A stretch of DNA of 64,000 nt. Source: a virus. The position numbers were made by a program, and so were the translations under genes. A model generated the notes under the pieces. It was not told the origin of the DNA. It saw only the letters and a program-made list of their open reading frames with translations, and ran no database searches. Of this stretch, positions 29,501-38,425 are shown in pieces (within the stretch, counting starts at the first letter, position 1; each line of letters starts with the position of its first letter). The DNA lies in the IMG/VR virus record IMGVR_UViG_3300042908_001045, positions 22,306 through 86,305 of that record; one strand, given 5' to 3'.

Positions 29501-30106
29501 ACTACAGTTTACTTTGATGGTGAGCCAAATACATTGCCTATTTCTACAGAATCATCTAATACTTATGTAACAGGAATTTTCCCTTTTTCTGCTGCACAAG
29601 AAATGGATTTAGATGAACAGGAAATACAGTTTTATGGAACAGATCCTGGTATTACTGAAATTTATTTTAACGGCAGTCCAAATACATTGCCTATTTCAGC
29701 TGGATCCCAGACAAACTATTTAACTGGTCCTATTCCTCTTTGTGGTATTCAGGCAATGGATTTAAGTAATCAAGATACTCAAATAGATACAACAACATTT
29801 CAATCTGGTGTTAAAACAGATGCTAGTGTTGTACGTTCTGCACGGTCTTATAATGTATCTGGGATTGCTTTAGTTGGGGATGAAGCATTGGAGAAAATAG
29901 TCAAAAAAGCAAATGGGCTAACTCCAACTTCATTTGAATTTGTAGGAGATGAAGTGTATGCTGTAGCCACATTTCCAGATGGAGAAAAGATAGAAGGCGC
30001 TGCTTTGATAACCAATCTAAGTCTACCTGGCAACCAAAACGAAGTTAAAAAGTATTCTTTTACTTTAACTTTTCTTGGTAAAAAAATGTCTCAAATTTTA
30101 CTTTAA
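26501..30106 (+). CDS. Tail tube protein paralog 2 (1201 aa) with large repetitive insertion
   Basis: Same termini as paralog 1; internal repeats with 402-bp and 519-bp periods; seven IDxW(R/Y)(F/Y)ID-type motifs. Confidence 0.7.
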   Translation: MPLATASVILQNYTLDLMLLGTSASGASNRFVAKDILTVQSNAAIYDKDIVLRTSSTSGTYLRAGLGISFDESGYKNQVVIAQDVTIASNVNTNVKVEPLLKPLSSGVTGTVLAPIRLQLTSVDTTNNIDSWYFIDLMPKIQGNSPFTQAKIKTTNLPADSPSVMVKESKLAFGNTVLTIANTDVIKTPINLFNTFVRVHIASVDSTNFVDSWRYIDFMPTIQGESPFTQSKLRVSNLDRNTQSVVAPYSSLVFENINVSLTVSPEIFISFLDTINDGNSLFTQAVIEMRKLPFDYSSITVPDSTFVFNNVPLATEVSIRPQITWVDEGVDVYIHSINTNNNIDTWRYIDFISNIDNGISPFTQVNLGVNRLPSNAPFVQIPDSVLIFNGISTSKSVPPELYVSSVDTNNNGNILYTKVVVKTRKIPFDFSSITIPDSAFTFGNVQPTANVNAEARLSWVDEGVDVYIDSINTSNINTWRYIDFVSDIDNGTSPFTQASIKVSRLPSNAPFVQIPDSVLTFDGISTSKSVPPELYVSFVGTNNFIDTWRFIDSMPTIQGSSPFTQVILKTRKIPFDTSSIAIPDSAFTFAGIQPSTDVSSIKNIFLSGGDTATVYYAGSPDTSLISVGLFNTFTAFVPTSPGYNGVIINQNSASIVYFDGAPNQVSVAVGSLFSYVTNFIDTWRFIDLMPTVESISPFTQAKITVTETPVEYNFVTILQSSLVFNNISAIESSVVVNRNSEAIIYFNGNPRTLPISIGLSSNPFPVSVPSLNDVRNTLLSGNDTATIYFNGIPGTLPISVGLFNTFTAFVPTSPGYNGVIVNQNSTSIAYFDGAPGTVPISVGLFNSYVTNFIDTWRFIDSMPTVESISPFTQSKIKVTKTPVEYASVTVPQSSLTFNGLTALESSAIVNRNSEAIIYFNGSPRTLPISAGLTSSSFRVTVPPLSEIKNTVLSGNNIKRTVYFDGLPGTLPISTGLFNTFTAFVPPTPGYNGVFIARNSRTTVYFDGEPNTLPISTESSNTYVTGIFPFSAAQEMDLDEQEIQFYGTDPGITEIYFNGSPNTLPISAGSQTNYLTGPIPLCGIQAMDLSNQDTQIDTTTFQSGVKTDASVVRSARSYNVSGIALVGDEALEKIVKKANGLTPTSFEFVGDEVYAVATFPDGEKIEGAALITNLSLPGNQNEVKKYSFTLTFLGKKMSQILL

Positions 30107-30122
30107 CAAATAAGGAGAAATT

Positions 30123-30920
30123 ATGCCTTTAGCTACCGCTCCAGTTATTTTACAAGATTATTCTTTAGAAGTAATGCTATTGCCTTTGGTTACAAGTGGG
30201 TTTGCTGCTGGAACTTCTGATAGAAACATTAGTTCGTTAAGACGTGTTCTTACTTGTACTACTCAAGTTGCACCTCCTACCAGCGGTGGTGTAGCTACAC
30301 TTGCATTGACCACTGATGAAGGTAGTAGTTCTTCTCCAACAATCATTAAGGAAGGCACTGGATTATCGTTTATAGAACCACTTGCGCAAAATGCCCCAGC
30401 TGGAACTGTTAGAACTAGAATTCAAGTAATGGCTGCTGAAGATAAAAGTATTGCGCATGGCGCTAGTGCTACTGATTTGAAAGTAATTGGACTAGACAGA
30501 ACTATTGCTGCAAATAGCACGGCTGCATTAATTGAGGGTTTACTCCCATTAAGCGGTATTCAAACACTAGATTTGAGTAATCAAGAAACTCAAGTTGATA
30601 CCACTTCTTTCCAATCTGGATCCGGAACAGAAATGGCAATGATTCGCGTGGCTCGTGCCTATTCCGTGTCTGGTATTGCATTGGCTGGAGATGAGGCGCT
30701 CGAAAGAGTAGTTAAACCAGTTGCTGGATTTCAGGGAGAATTTTTTGGTAGAGAAATTTATGCTGTAGCTACATTCCCAGACGGTGAAAGATTGGCAGGT
30801 GCTGCTAAAGTAACTGCGTTTAACTTTCCAGCCAACCAAAACGAAGTTAAAAAGTACAGTTTTACGCTAACATTTATGGGTAAATCCTTTGAATGGAATC
30901 CTCCATATTCTATTAGCTAA
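30123..30920 (+). CDS. Tail tube protein paralog 3 (likely major tail protein)
   Basis: Compact version of the shared core; strong AAGGAG RBS. Confidence 0.75.
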   Translation: MPLATAPVILQDYSLEVMLLPLVTSGFAAGTSDRNISSLRRVLTCTTQVAPPTSGGVATLALTTDEGSSSSPTIIKEGTGLSFIEPLAQNAPAGTVRTRIQVMAAEDKSIAHGASATDLKVIGLDRTIAANSTAALIEGLLPLSGIQTLDLSNQETQVDTTSFQSGSGTEMAMIRVARAYSVSGIALAGDEALERVVKPVAGFQGEFFGREIYAVATFPDGERLAGAAKVTAFNFPANQNEVKKYSFTLTFMGKSFEWNPPYSIS

Positions 30921-30922
30921 AT

Positions 30923-31648
30923 ATGTCTTTTTCCCAACCACTTTGCAACAGCTCTCTTGACGTAATGCTGCTTCCCAGCAACAGTGCGGGAAGCACTATT
31001 ACTGACGTTACGAAGGTGACAGCTTTAATTGCTCAAACTGCTAACATTGGGTCTTCTCAAATCTATTTGCAAGTCGTCGGTGGATCTTACTTTGTTCCCG
31101 CCGGCATTGCTTTGTCTTTTGCGGGAACTTCTGTTAGTGGCGTAGCGTCTAGGCGAAGACAAGTTGTAATATCTCAAGATGTTGTGTTAACAACAAGTCC
31201 ACTATTAGTTCCGGTAGAGCCTTTACAATATCCGGTACTGCAAACTGATAGCGCAGTCGTTGTACCTGGATTACTCCCAATTAATGGTATTACGACTTTA
31301 GATATTTCAGCTCAAGAAACTTCTGTTGACACAACTAATGCTTCATCTCGTAAAGGAGTGAATAGCGTTTTCATACGCAGGGCGATCAGCTGCAATGTTA
31401 GCGGCATTGCGTTGGCTGGAGACAAGGCGTTGGAGACAGTAATTAAGCCAGCTGGAATATTCTCTAATAGTTTGTATGGTAGAGATATTTATGCTGTAAT
31501 TACTTTACCTAATGGAGAGAGAATTGTTGGAGTGGCTAAAGTTGGTGGCATATCTTTCCCAGCTAATCAAAACGAAGTTATGAAATATTCGTTTAACTTA
31601 ATATTCCAAGGAGATTTACTTGAGTGGACTTCTGCTTTTAGTTTTTGA
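30923..31648 (+). CDS. Tail tube protein paralog 4
   Basis: GLLPINGITTLDISAQETSVDTT...SGIALAGDKALE...PANQNEVMKYSF. Confidence 0.7.
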   Translation: MSFSQPLCNSSLDVMLLPSNSAGSTITDVTKVTALIAQTANIGSSQIYLQVVGGSYFVPAGIALSFAGTSVSGVASRRRQVVISQDVVLTTSPLLVPVEPLQYPVLQTDSAVVVPGLLPINGITTLDISAQETSVDTTNASSRKGVNSVFIRRAISCNVSGIALAGDKALETVIKPAGIFSNSLYGRDIYAVITLPNGERIVGVAKVGGISFPANQNEVMKYSFNLIFQGDLLEWTSAFSF

Positions 31649-31705
31649 GTTATTATTTTAAAAATAACCTTAATGGTTTATTGACCACCACCACATCAAG
31701 TAACA

Positions 31706-31939
31706 ATGAAGATTTTAACAGACAGTACTCAGCTCCTTGCCGTATTAATTAATTGCACCAGAGAAGGAAAATCCTTGTATTGTGGTGCTGCTATTTTTAA
31801 AGGGGGATTATCAGGAACTATTAATGTTTCTGATAAATTTAGTTCGTATACAATTAAAGTTCCAGAATCAGTTGCTAAAACTGCTACTAAAGAATGTTAT
31901 ATTGATGAGTATGATTCTTTAGAATTTGAGATTGTGTAA
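31706..31939 (+). CDS. Small tail-region protein
   Basis: 77-aa ORF between the tube and chaperone genes. Confidence 0.6.
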   Translation: MKILTDSTQLLAVLINCTREGKSLYCGAAIFKGGLSGTINVSDKFSSYTIKVPESVAKTATKECYIDEYDSLEFEIV

Positions 31940-31940
31940 A

Positions 31941-32771
31941 ATGCTTGGATTTATCACTGGCAATCCTAAAACTAATTTTATAAAAGTAGGAGATGTGCTT
32001 TTCTTTCCCAAGAAAGACGGTATTACTGTTGGGGAAAGAAGACAACTAGCCGAAACAGAACAAAGTAGGCAGCATGCTTCTTTGAAGATTCGTCGATTAG
32101 TTGGAAAAATTGCGCAACAAAAAGGGATTTCACTAGAAGAAGCTACAAAACTTTTAACTGGTGGTATGACCGAACAAGATGGTGTTGAGGTCATTGACAA
32201 CACTGAAGTTGTATTAGAATATGCTGATGATTTAGCTGATATCAATGCTTATACATCTAGCATGGAACTTAACCTAAAATCTGTTGTAGCAACAATGCTT
32301 ATTAAAGAGCGTGTTGCACATATTATTAGTGTTGTTGTAGATGCTAATAAAGATGACAAAAAGTTGGTAATTGAGCCTTTGCCAGCAGATTTTTTACTAG
32401 AAAAAGGCACTAAAATTAGATTTGGGGAGAGTTACGAAAATTCATTCATTGTAACAGTAGAAGATAATTATAGCGAAAATGCAGAACAAATTAGAGTTTC
32501 TGCATTACCTAAAAATATTACTGCTGGAACAGTTGGATTTTTACATAGAGGAAAAATTCCTTTACTTGGTTATCCTAGTTGGAATTTAGAAAAGACCTAT
32601 TCTTTAGATGAGACTTTGGTAGATGAAATTTACGATTTTTATCTTAATGAGTCTAGCAGATGGAAAAAAATAGAAGAAACTGAAACGCAGGGGGAGGATC
32701 AACTGGAGAGTCGGAAATTCCCAGAATTGACTGGGAAGGACTCTACTGGAGAATTCAGTCTTACAGAATAG
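31941..32771 (+). CDS. Tail assembly chaperone (gpG-like)
   Basis: Position after the tube genes; G GGG GAG slippery site at 32690..32696; ATG at 31941 preferred over TTG at 31926. Confidence 0.7.
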   Translation: MLGFITGNPKTNFIKVGDVLFFPKKDGITVGERRQLAETEQSRQHASLKIRRLVGKIAQQKGISLEEATKLLTGGMTEQDGVEVIDNTEVVLEYADDLADINAYTSSMELNLKSVVATMLIKERVAHIISVVVDANKDDKKLVIEPLPADFLLEKGTKIRFGESYENSFIVTVEDNYSENAEQIRVSALPKNITAGTVGFLHRGKIPLLGYPSWNLEKTYSLDETLVDEIYDFYLNESSRWKKIEETETQGEDQLESRKFPELTGKDSTGEFSLTE

Positions 32772-33106
32772 CTGATCCCAGATTTACTAGCTGGGAATCA
32801 TATTTAGAGCAACTTGATTACGTAGTTTTTAATTGCATTAATCAAATGGAGAAGCTACGCCAACAAGAACTAAATATGCAAGCTAGAGTTCATGCTATTG
32901 GCTGGGCAGGACTATTTAATGGATTTAAAGGTAAAGACGATCCATCTATTAAATACACTGATTTACTGCCATTCCCAGACAGAAGCAAATCTGAAGGAAA
33001 TGGCGTATTAAGTCCAAAAACTAAAACTATTATTGAGGACGCTATTAAAAAACGGGAATTGCCAATACAAACATTAACTTCTTTGGCAATGCTTCTGGAA
33101 AAATAA
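32690..33106 (+). CDS. Tail assembly chaperone -1 frameshift extension (gpT-like)
   Basis: The -1 frame is open from 32684 (after TGA 32681) through IDWEGLYWRIQ... into track ORF 32846..33106. Confidence 0.7.
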   Translation, partial: GGGSTGESEIPRIDWEGLYWRIQSYRIADPRFTSWESYLEQLDYVVFNCINQMEKLRQQELNMQARVHAIGWAGLFNGFKGKDDPSIKYTDLLPFPDRSKSEGNGVLSPKTKTIIEDAIKKRELPIQTLTSLAMLLEK

Positions 33107-33125
33107 TTAAAAGGCATGTAGTAAT

Positions 33126-33515
33126 CTATATGCCTTTTATAGCGTCTTTAGCAGCTTTTAGTATTGTTTTTATAGTTTGATATGTTTGAATAAATAATGT
33201 TTTTAAGCTAGAAGTAAATATTTGTAAACACTGAAAGATTAACACAACAGTCATTATAAGTATGGTTTGTTTGTTCAAATCATCTTCTAGCGAACAAAGC
33301 TCAAATGTGGCTTTGTATGAACTATTAGTAGATTTAAACATTACTAAGTTTACATTTTTAACTTTATTTTTAATATAAGACAAAACTGCATCTTGATTTT
33401 CTTCTATCTTCTGGCATATATCATCTTCACAACTTATGAAAATGTCAGTATGCCCATTGCGCTCTAAACAAGATATAGAACAGTTATTTAAAATATCAAG
33501 AACAATTTGGCTCAT
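33126..33515 (-). CDS. Hypothetical protein
   Basis: ATGA-coupled to the gpK-like gene. Confidence 0.55.
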   Translation of the reverse strand: MSQIVLDILNNCSISCLERNGHTDIFISCEDDICQKIEENQDAVLSYIKNKVKNVNLVMFKSTNSSYKATFELCSLEDDLNKQTILIMTVVLIFQCLQIFTSSLKTLFIQTYQTIKTILKAAKDAIKGI

Positions 33516-34300
33516 TCTAATAATTGATGTCTACATCTGTATTTTGTCACTCTATCCCAGTAACTTCCACCATAGACAAATAATTCACTAACTCTATCTC
33601 CTCCTAAGTTATGCAGTCCTGTTTTTTTTGCAGTATCTATAATTATTGCTACATGATGTGGTTGTACACCACTAAGAGTCATAACAATAACGTCATTGTT
33701 TTTTAAAAGTTCATCATCCTCTAATTTTCTAAAATTTGCTTTGGAAAAATTTTCGTCCAATAAATTCCATGATGCATTAGTTGTTTCTTCAAGTGAAAAT
33801 CCTCTTGGAAAGTCTGGTAATGTTATATCTAGCATTCCTTTATAGTAGGCTCTAAGTAAACTAAAACAATCAGAACGGTTGTAAACAAACGGCCATTTTA
33901 GATAATAATCTATTTCCTTAAGAGAATAAATATTAAAATTGTCAAAGCAAGGAAATGGATTAATTATGTTGTTTGGATCAAACAAATCCCAGCAATCAAA
34001 CTCACTGTGATATAAGCAATACGCCAACTTATTAGACTTAGCATTACAAATGTCAGGAGGGCTTAAATATCCAGGCTGACTATCGTTCCAATGCGTGTGA
34101 TAAACCATTTGAATCTTTCCATGAGATTCTATTAATCCATCAATTTCATCTGGATTAATTACAAACGCCTCATTTTTGTTCTCAGCAATGTTAGAACATT
34201 TGTATGGCTTGTCATTGATTACAACACCACAAACTTCTTGTTTTGGAAACTGCTTAGAATGTTTAATAATATGTTCTTTAATATGTTGTGATAATAGCAT
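33512..34300 (-). CDS. Tail tip assembly protein, lambda gpK-like (JAB + NlpC/P60)
   Basis: PKQEVCG...YHTHW...LSPPD JAB motif; SDCFSLLRAYY and PHHVAI NlpC/P60 motifs. Confidence 0.9.
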   Translation of the reverse strand: MLLSQHIKEHIIKHSKQFPKQEVCGVVINDKPYKCSNIAENKNEAFVINPDEIDGLIESHGKIQMVYHTHWNDSQPGYLSPPDICNAKSNKLAYCLYHSEFDCWDLFDPNNIINPFPCFDNFNIYSLKEIDYYLKWPFVYNRSDCFSLLRAYYKGMLDITLPDFPRGFSLEETTNASWNLLDENFSKANFRKLEDDELLKNNDVIVMTLSGVQPHHVAIIIDTAKKTGLHNLGGDRVSELFVYGGSYWDRVTKYRCRHQLLE

Positions 34301-34668
34301 TACATTACAATACCTAAGTTACTAGGAATATTAGATCTGACTTGACTAGCAGTGATTTTATTACTTATAACATATTGGTTTTCTCCAATTAAAGATAAAA
34401 CCCATTCTCCGCAAACACATTCTTTAAGATTTTGTCCTGTAGGACTCCAAAGAAACGACTTGTCAGCATATTGTCGTAACACGTTCAAAATATCGTTTAC
34501 TTCGGATTCTGAGTAGACTGGGCTGCGAACATCCCATTCTACAATAGGAAATATTCCCTGAGTTAAAACTTGACTATAATTATCTCCTAGTCTAGTTTTA
34601 GCTGTAGGAATAAGAGTCTTTTGGCTTGTTTGCCAAGTAGGAGTAAGATAAAGAATTGGTAACGTCAT
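34300..34668 (-). CDS. Minor tail protein, lambda gpM-like (distal tail) paralog A
   Basis: TRLGDNYSQ...GI...SFLWSP pattern. Confidence 0.7.
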   Translation of the reverse strand: MTLPILYLTPTWQTSQKTLIPTAKTRLGDNYSQVLTQGIFPIVEWDVRSPVYSESEVNDILNVLRQYADKSFLWSPTGQNLKECVCGEWVLSLIGENQYVISNKITASQVRSNIPSNLGIVM

Positions 34669-37600
34669 GATGCTATAAAATAACCAATTGTGTAATTAAA
34701 AGTGGATGCAGCAGAAGATACAATATTTAGTGCTGTGTTTGGAGATAAGCGTATTTCTCTGTTTTGCGCTAAATTAGCCTCTCCTTCCATTCCTTGGGAA
34801 GACAAGAAAAATCTAGCAACATTATCAGCACCATTTCTAATTGTAACTGTTTGTGCAGCAGTTCCTTCTAATTGTACTCTAATATATGATACATAAATTC
34901 TATTACCAGTTGGGACAGGAGCGCCAACAACAGTAGTTGTGGTAGCAGTAGTGATAGTATTTGTGATGAACACCATAGTTCTATCACTAATCGACTGCTG
35001 AGTAAGTGTAATTAATATTTTCAACAATCCAATCAAACTTGTTGTGTTTGCATTGTAGTCAATGCTTGCCCAGCTATCTATAAACGATATACTATCAATA
35101 TTTATAATTGGAGCATCTGAAATAGCACCAATAGACACAATATTATTAGCTTCTGTAAGAAGTCTTTTGGTTAAAGAGATTAAACTAGCAGTACCCGTGT
35201 CAGTGGCTGCCGAACTATCTGTCGTCGTACCAATAGATGTAATTACTCCTTTTAAAAGTGCAACTAAACTGGCTGTTCCTGTAGTGGCTGCTGTATCTGT
35301 TGTTGTTCCAATAGACGCAATATTATCTGTTTCTTGTAATAGTTTTTTGATTAAAGATATTAAAGTAGCAGTACCTGTGTCTGTTGTTGCTGCCGCATCT
35401 GTTGTTGTTCCTAAAACTGCACTAACATTACCAATTTGCTGGTTAATAGCAGTAACTGTGTTATCTCCATCGGTGCTTAATAGCCTTTTAAGTAATGATA
35501 TTAAGCTGGTATTTTGAGTGTCTGTAGTAGCTGCACTATCTGATGTGGTGCCAATTGAACTAATTAGTCCTTTCAATAATGAAACAACACTAGCGTTGCC
35601 AGAAGTGACTGCTGCATCAGATGTTGCTCCAATAGAAGCAACATTGTCTGTTTCTACTAACAACCGTTTTAATAAAGCTATAACAGTAAAAGTACCTGTA
35701 TCTGTTGTTGCTACTGCATCTGTTGTTGTTCCTAATGATGCAGTAACATTGTTTATTTGTTGATTGATAGCAGTAACTGTGTTATCTCCATCGGTACTTA
35801 ACAATCTTTTAAGTAGTGATATCAAACTAGTGTTTTGAGTGTCTGTCGTAGCTGCCGTATCAGAGGTAGATCCAATAGAGGCATTTAAGCCTTTAATTAA
35901 AGACACTAAACTAGCAGAACCACTATTTGCCGCTGCATCTGAAGTTGTCCCAATAGAAGCAATGTTGTCAGTTTCTTGTAGTAATCTTTTGAATAAAGCA
36001 ATTAAGCTAAACGTCCCGCTATCCGTTGTTGCCGCTGCATCTGCTCTAGTTCCAAGTAAAGTGTATATATCACTTAATTGTTGATTAGTGCCTGCCACAC
36101 CGTCTGTTTCAAGTAGTCGTTTAATTAAAGATATTAAACTTGCATTGGCAGTGTCTGAAGTGGCCGAATTGTCAGTAATAGACCCTATTGCATTATTTAA
36201 TCCTTTAATTAAAGCTACTAAACTAGCGTCGCCTGATGCTGCTGCAACATCTGAAATGCTTCCAATTGATGCAATATTGTTAGTTTCTGATAACAACCGT
36301 TTTAGCAACGCTATGACAGTAAAAGTACCTGCATCTGTCGTTGCCGCTGCATCTGATGTTGTTCCTAGCGCTGTAGTAACGTTACTTATTTGTTGATTAA
36401 TAGCAGTAACTGTATTATCTCCATCAGTTGCTAACAATCTTTTAAGTAACGATATTAAACTTGCATTTTCAGTATCTGTAGTGGCTGCACTATCTGATGT
36501 AGTGCCAATTGAAGTATTTAATCCTTTAACTAACGACACTAAGCTAGCAGAGCCACTGTTTGCCGACGCGTCTGAAGTAGTTCCAATAGAGGTAATATTG
36601 TCAGTTTCTTGTAATAATCTTTTAATTAAAGATATTAAAGTAGCAGCACCTGTATCTGTCGTTGCTGCCGAGTCAGAATTAGTTCCAATAGATTGATTTA
36701 ATCCTTTGATTAAAGAGATTAAACTAACATTACCGGATATAGCAGCTAAATCACTGGTAGTTCCAATTGAAGATATGTTGTTAGTTTCACTTAATAATCG
36801 CTTAAACAGTGATATTAACGTAAATACTCCATCATCTGAAGTAGCTAATGAATCATTGGTAGTTCCAATTGAAGCAAGTATATTAGATAAATGCTGATTA
36901 ATACTGTTTATGTTACTGCTATCCCCATCAGTACTTAACAATCTTTTGAGTAGAGAAATTAAAGTAGCTGAGTCAGTATCTGAAGTTGCTGGTGTGTCTG
37001 ATGTTGCCCCAATAGTTAAATTAAGTCCTTTAAGTAAACTAACTACACTAGCATTACCAGATGTAGCAGCTGTATCCGACACTTCTCCAATTGATGCAAT
37101 ATTATTTGTTTCTTGTAATAATTTTTTAAGTAAAGAAATTATGCTAAATGTTCCTGTATCGTTAGTTGCGACTGCATCTGTTGTGTTTCCTAAAGTTGTG
37201 GTGACATTACCAATTTGCTGATTAATAGCAGTAACTGTATTATCTCCATCACTTGCTAATAGTCTTTTAAGCAATGATATCAAACTAGAATTTTGGTCAT
37301 CTGCTGTAGCTGCTGCATCAGAAGTAGATCCAATGGAAATGTTCAAACCTTTAATTAAAGATATTAAACTAGCATTCCCAGAGTTTGCCGACGCGTCTGA
37401 AGTTGCCCCAATCGAAGCAATATTATTAGTTTCAGTTAATAGTTTTTTAATTAAAGATATTAAACTAAATTGTCCATCATCTGCTGTAGCTGGACTATCA
37501 ATTGAAGTTCCGATAGAATTGTAAATATTAGCAAGTTGTTGATTAATGCCTTGGATATTGCCGCTATCGCCATCTGTACTTAATAGTCTTTTTAGCAAAG

Positions 37601-37985
37601 ATATTACGCTAGCATTGGCTGTGTCTGATGTAGCAGGACTATCATTTATACTGCCAACAGAAGTTTCAACTTTATTATTTAGTTCAACACACTCTAATAC
37701 AGACCTTTGCCCAAAGTCTATTAGTCTTTTTGTTAAAGCTATTAAAGTTCCATCACTAACGCTATAGTCAATTTGTGTTAAATCATCGGGAACTGTTATG
37801 TTATCGAGATCAGTAATAGTGTCCAGCAATTTGACGGTATCTATAGTTTTAGACGCAAAATCACTAATATCACCAACATCAGCTGAGGAAAATTCTGGAA
37901 TATGTGGGTTAGCTTCTGTTCCCGCTCCTGATACTTTCCTGTATTTTACAGCACCAGCTCCATCAATATATCTAGCAGAACTCAT
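34665..37985 (-). CDS. Long repetitive putative fibre protein (1106 aa)
   Basis: About 26 copies of IG(T/S)TxDxxA...SL(I/V)SL(L/I)K(R/G/K)L; ~100-aa beta-rich C-terminal domain; in the tail-tip operon. Confidence 0.65.
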   Translation of the reverse strand: MSSARYIDGAGAVKYRKVSGAGTEANPHIPEFSSADVGDISDFASKTIDTVKLLDTITDLDNITVPDDLTQIDYSVSDGTLIALTKRLIDFGQRSVLECVELNNKVETSVGSINDSPATSDTANASVISLLKRLLSTDGDSGNIQGINQQLANIYNSIGTSIDSPATADDGQFSLISLIKKLLTETNNIASIGATSDASANSGNASLISLIKGLNISIGSTSDAAATADDQNSSLISLLKRLLASDGDNTVTAINQQIGNVTTTLGNTTDAVATNDTGTFSIISLLKKLLQETNNIASIGEVSDTAATSGNASVVSLLKGLNLTIGATSDTPATSDTDSATLISLLKRLLSTDGDSSNINSINQHLSNILASIGTTNDSLATSDDGVFTLISLFKRLLSETNNISSIGTTSDLAAISGNVSLISLIKGLNQSIGTNSDSAATTDTGAATLISLIKRLLQETDNITSIGTTSDASANSGSASLVSLVKGLNTSIGTTSDSAATTDTENASLISLLKRLLATDGDNTVTAINQQISNVTTALGTTSDAAATTDAGTFTVIALLKRLLSETNNIASIGSISDVAAASGDASLVALIKGLNNAIGSITDNSATSDTANASLISLIKRLLETDGVAGTNQQLSDIYTLLGTRADAAATTDSGTFSLIALFKRLLQETDNIASIGTTSDAAANSGSASLVSLIKGLNASIGSTSDTAATTDTQNTSLISLLKRLLSTDGDNTVTAINQQINNVTASLGTTTDAVATTDTGTFTVIALLKRLLVETDNVASIGATSDAAVTSGNASVVSLLKGLISSIGTTSDSAATTDTQNTSLISLLKRLLSTDGDNTVTAINQQIGNVSAVLGTTTDAAATTDTGTATLISLIKKLLQETDNIASIGTTTDTAATTGTASLVALLKGVITSIGTTTDSSAATDTGTASLISLTKRLLTEANNIVSIGAISDAPIINIDSISFIDSWASIDYNANTTSLIGLLKILITLTQQSISDRTMVFITNTITTATTTTVVGAPVPTGNRIYVSYIRVQLEGTAAQTVTIRNGADNVARFFLSSQGMEGEANLAQNREIRLSPNTALNIVSSAASTFNYTIGYFIAS

Positions 37986-37987
37986 GA

Positions 37988-38425
37988 TTAAAACTCTAAA
38001 GCAATGAATGAATTTATTTTAGCAGTAAAATCTAATACTGAATTACTATAGAATAATTCAACTGGTAAAACTGACTCCTCCCAGTCAGAAAACAAATTAG
38101 TTAAAAAATTAGCTCGAACTCTAGTGTAGTAAGTATCTACTGGTAAATTATAGAAAACTGTTGTTAAATCAAAAACCGTTCTAGATTGTTGCCAAAAATT
38201 TTCGTCTTTTCGTTTTATTTCAGCAGTGTAGCTGGTAGCCCAAGGAGAATTAATATCTTCTTGAAGTGGTTGCTGCCAAGAAACGTAAATATTAAATAAA
38301 TCAGCATTAATAGAAGATAATTGAGTTGCTGGAATCAAAGAACTTGACATTACTATATTTCTTGGTTTTTGCCCAACAACTGGAAGTACCGTTTTAGATG
38401 GTAAATCGTCAAATTCCCATGTCAT
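37988..38425 (-). CDS. Stand-alone fibronectin type III domain protein B
   Basis: PRNI...VSWQQP...YTAEIK...YYTRVRA...SDW. Confidence 0.75.
   Translation of the reverse strand: MTWEFDDLPSKTVLPVVGQKPRNIVMSSSLIPATQLSSINADLFNIYVSWQQPLQEDINSPWATSYTAEIKRKDENFWQQSRTVFDLTTVFYNLPVDTYYTRVRANFLTNLFSDWEESVLPVELFYSNSVLDFTAKINSFIALEF

Noticed and set aside
26501-30106. Repeat pairs as a DGR template/variable region
   Set aside because: No reverse transcriptase in the window; differences are not adenine-specific and both copies are coding.
32661-32670. GGAAAAAAA as the chaperone slippery site
   Set aside because: A -1 shift there meets TGA at 32681..32683.
34702-38007. Many plus-strand ORFs antisense to the 1106-aa repeat gene
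   Set aside because: Shadow frames of a repetitive coding strand; no RBS or independent motifs.
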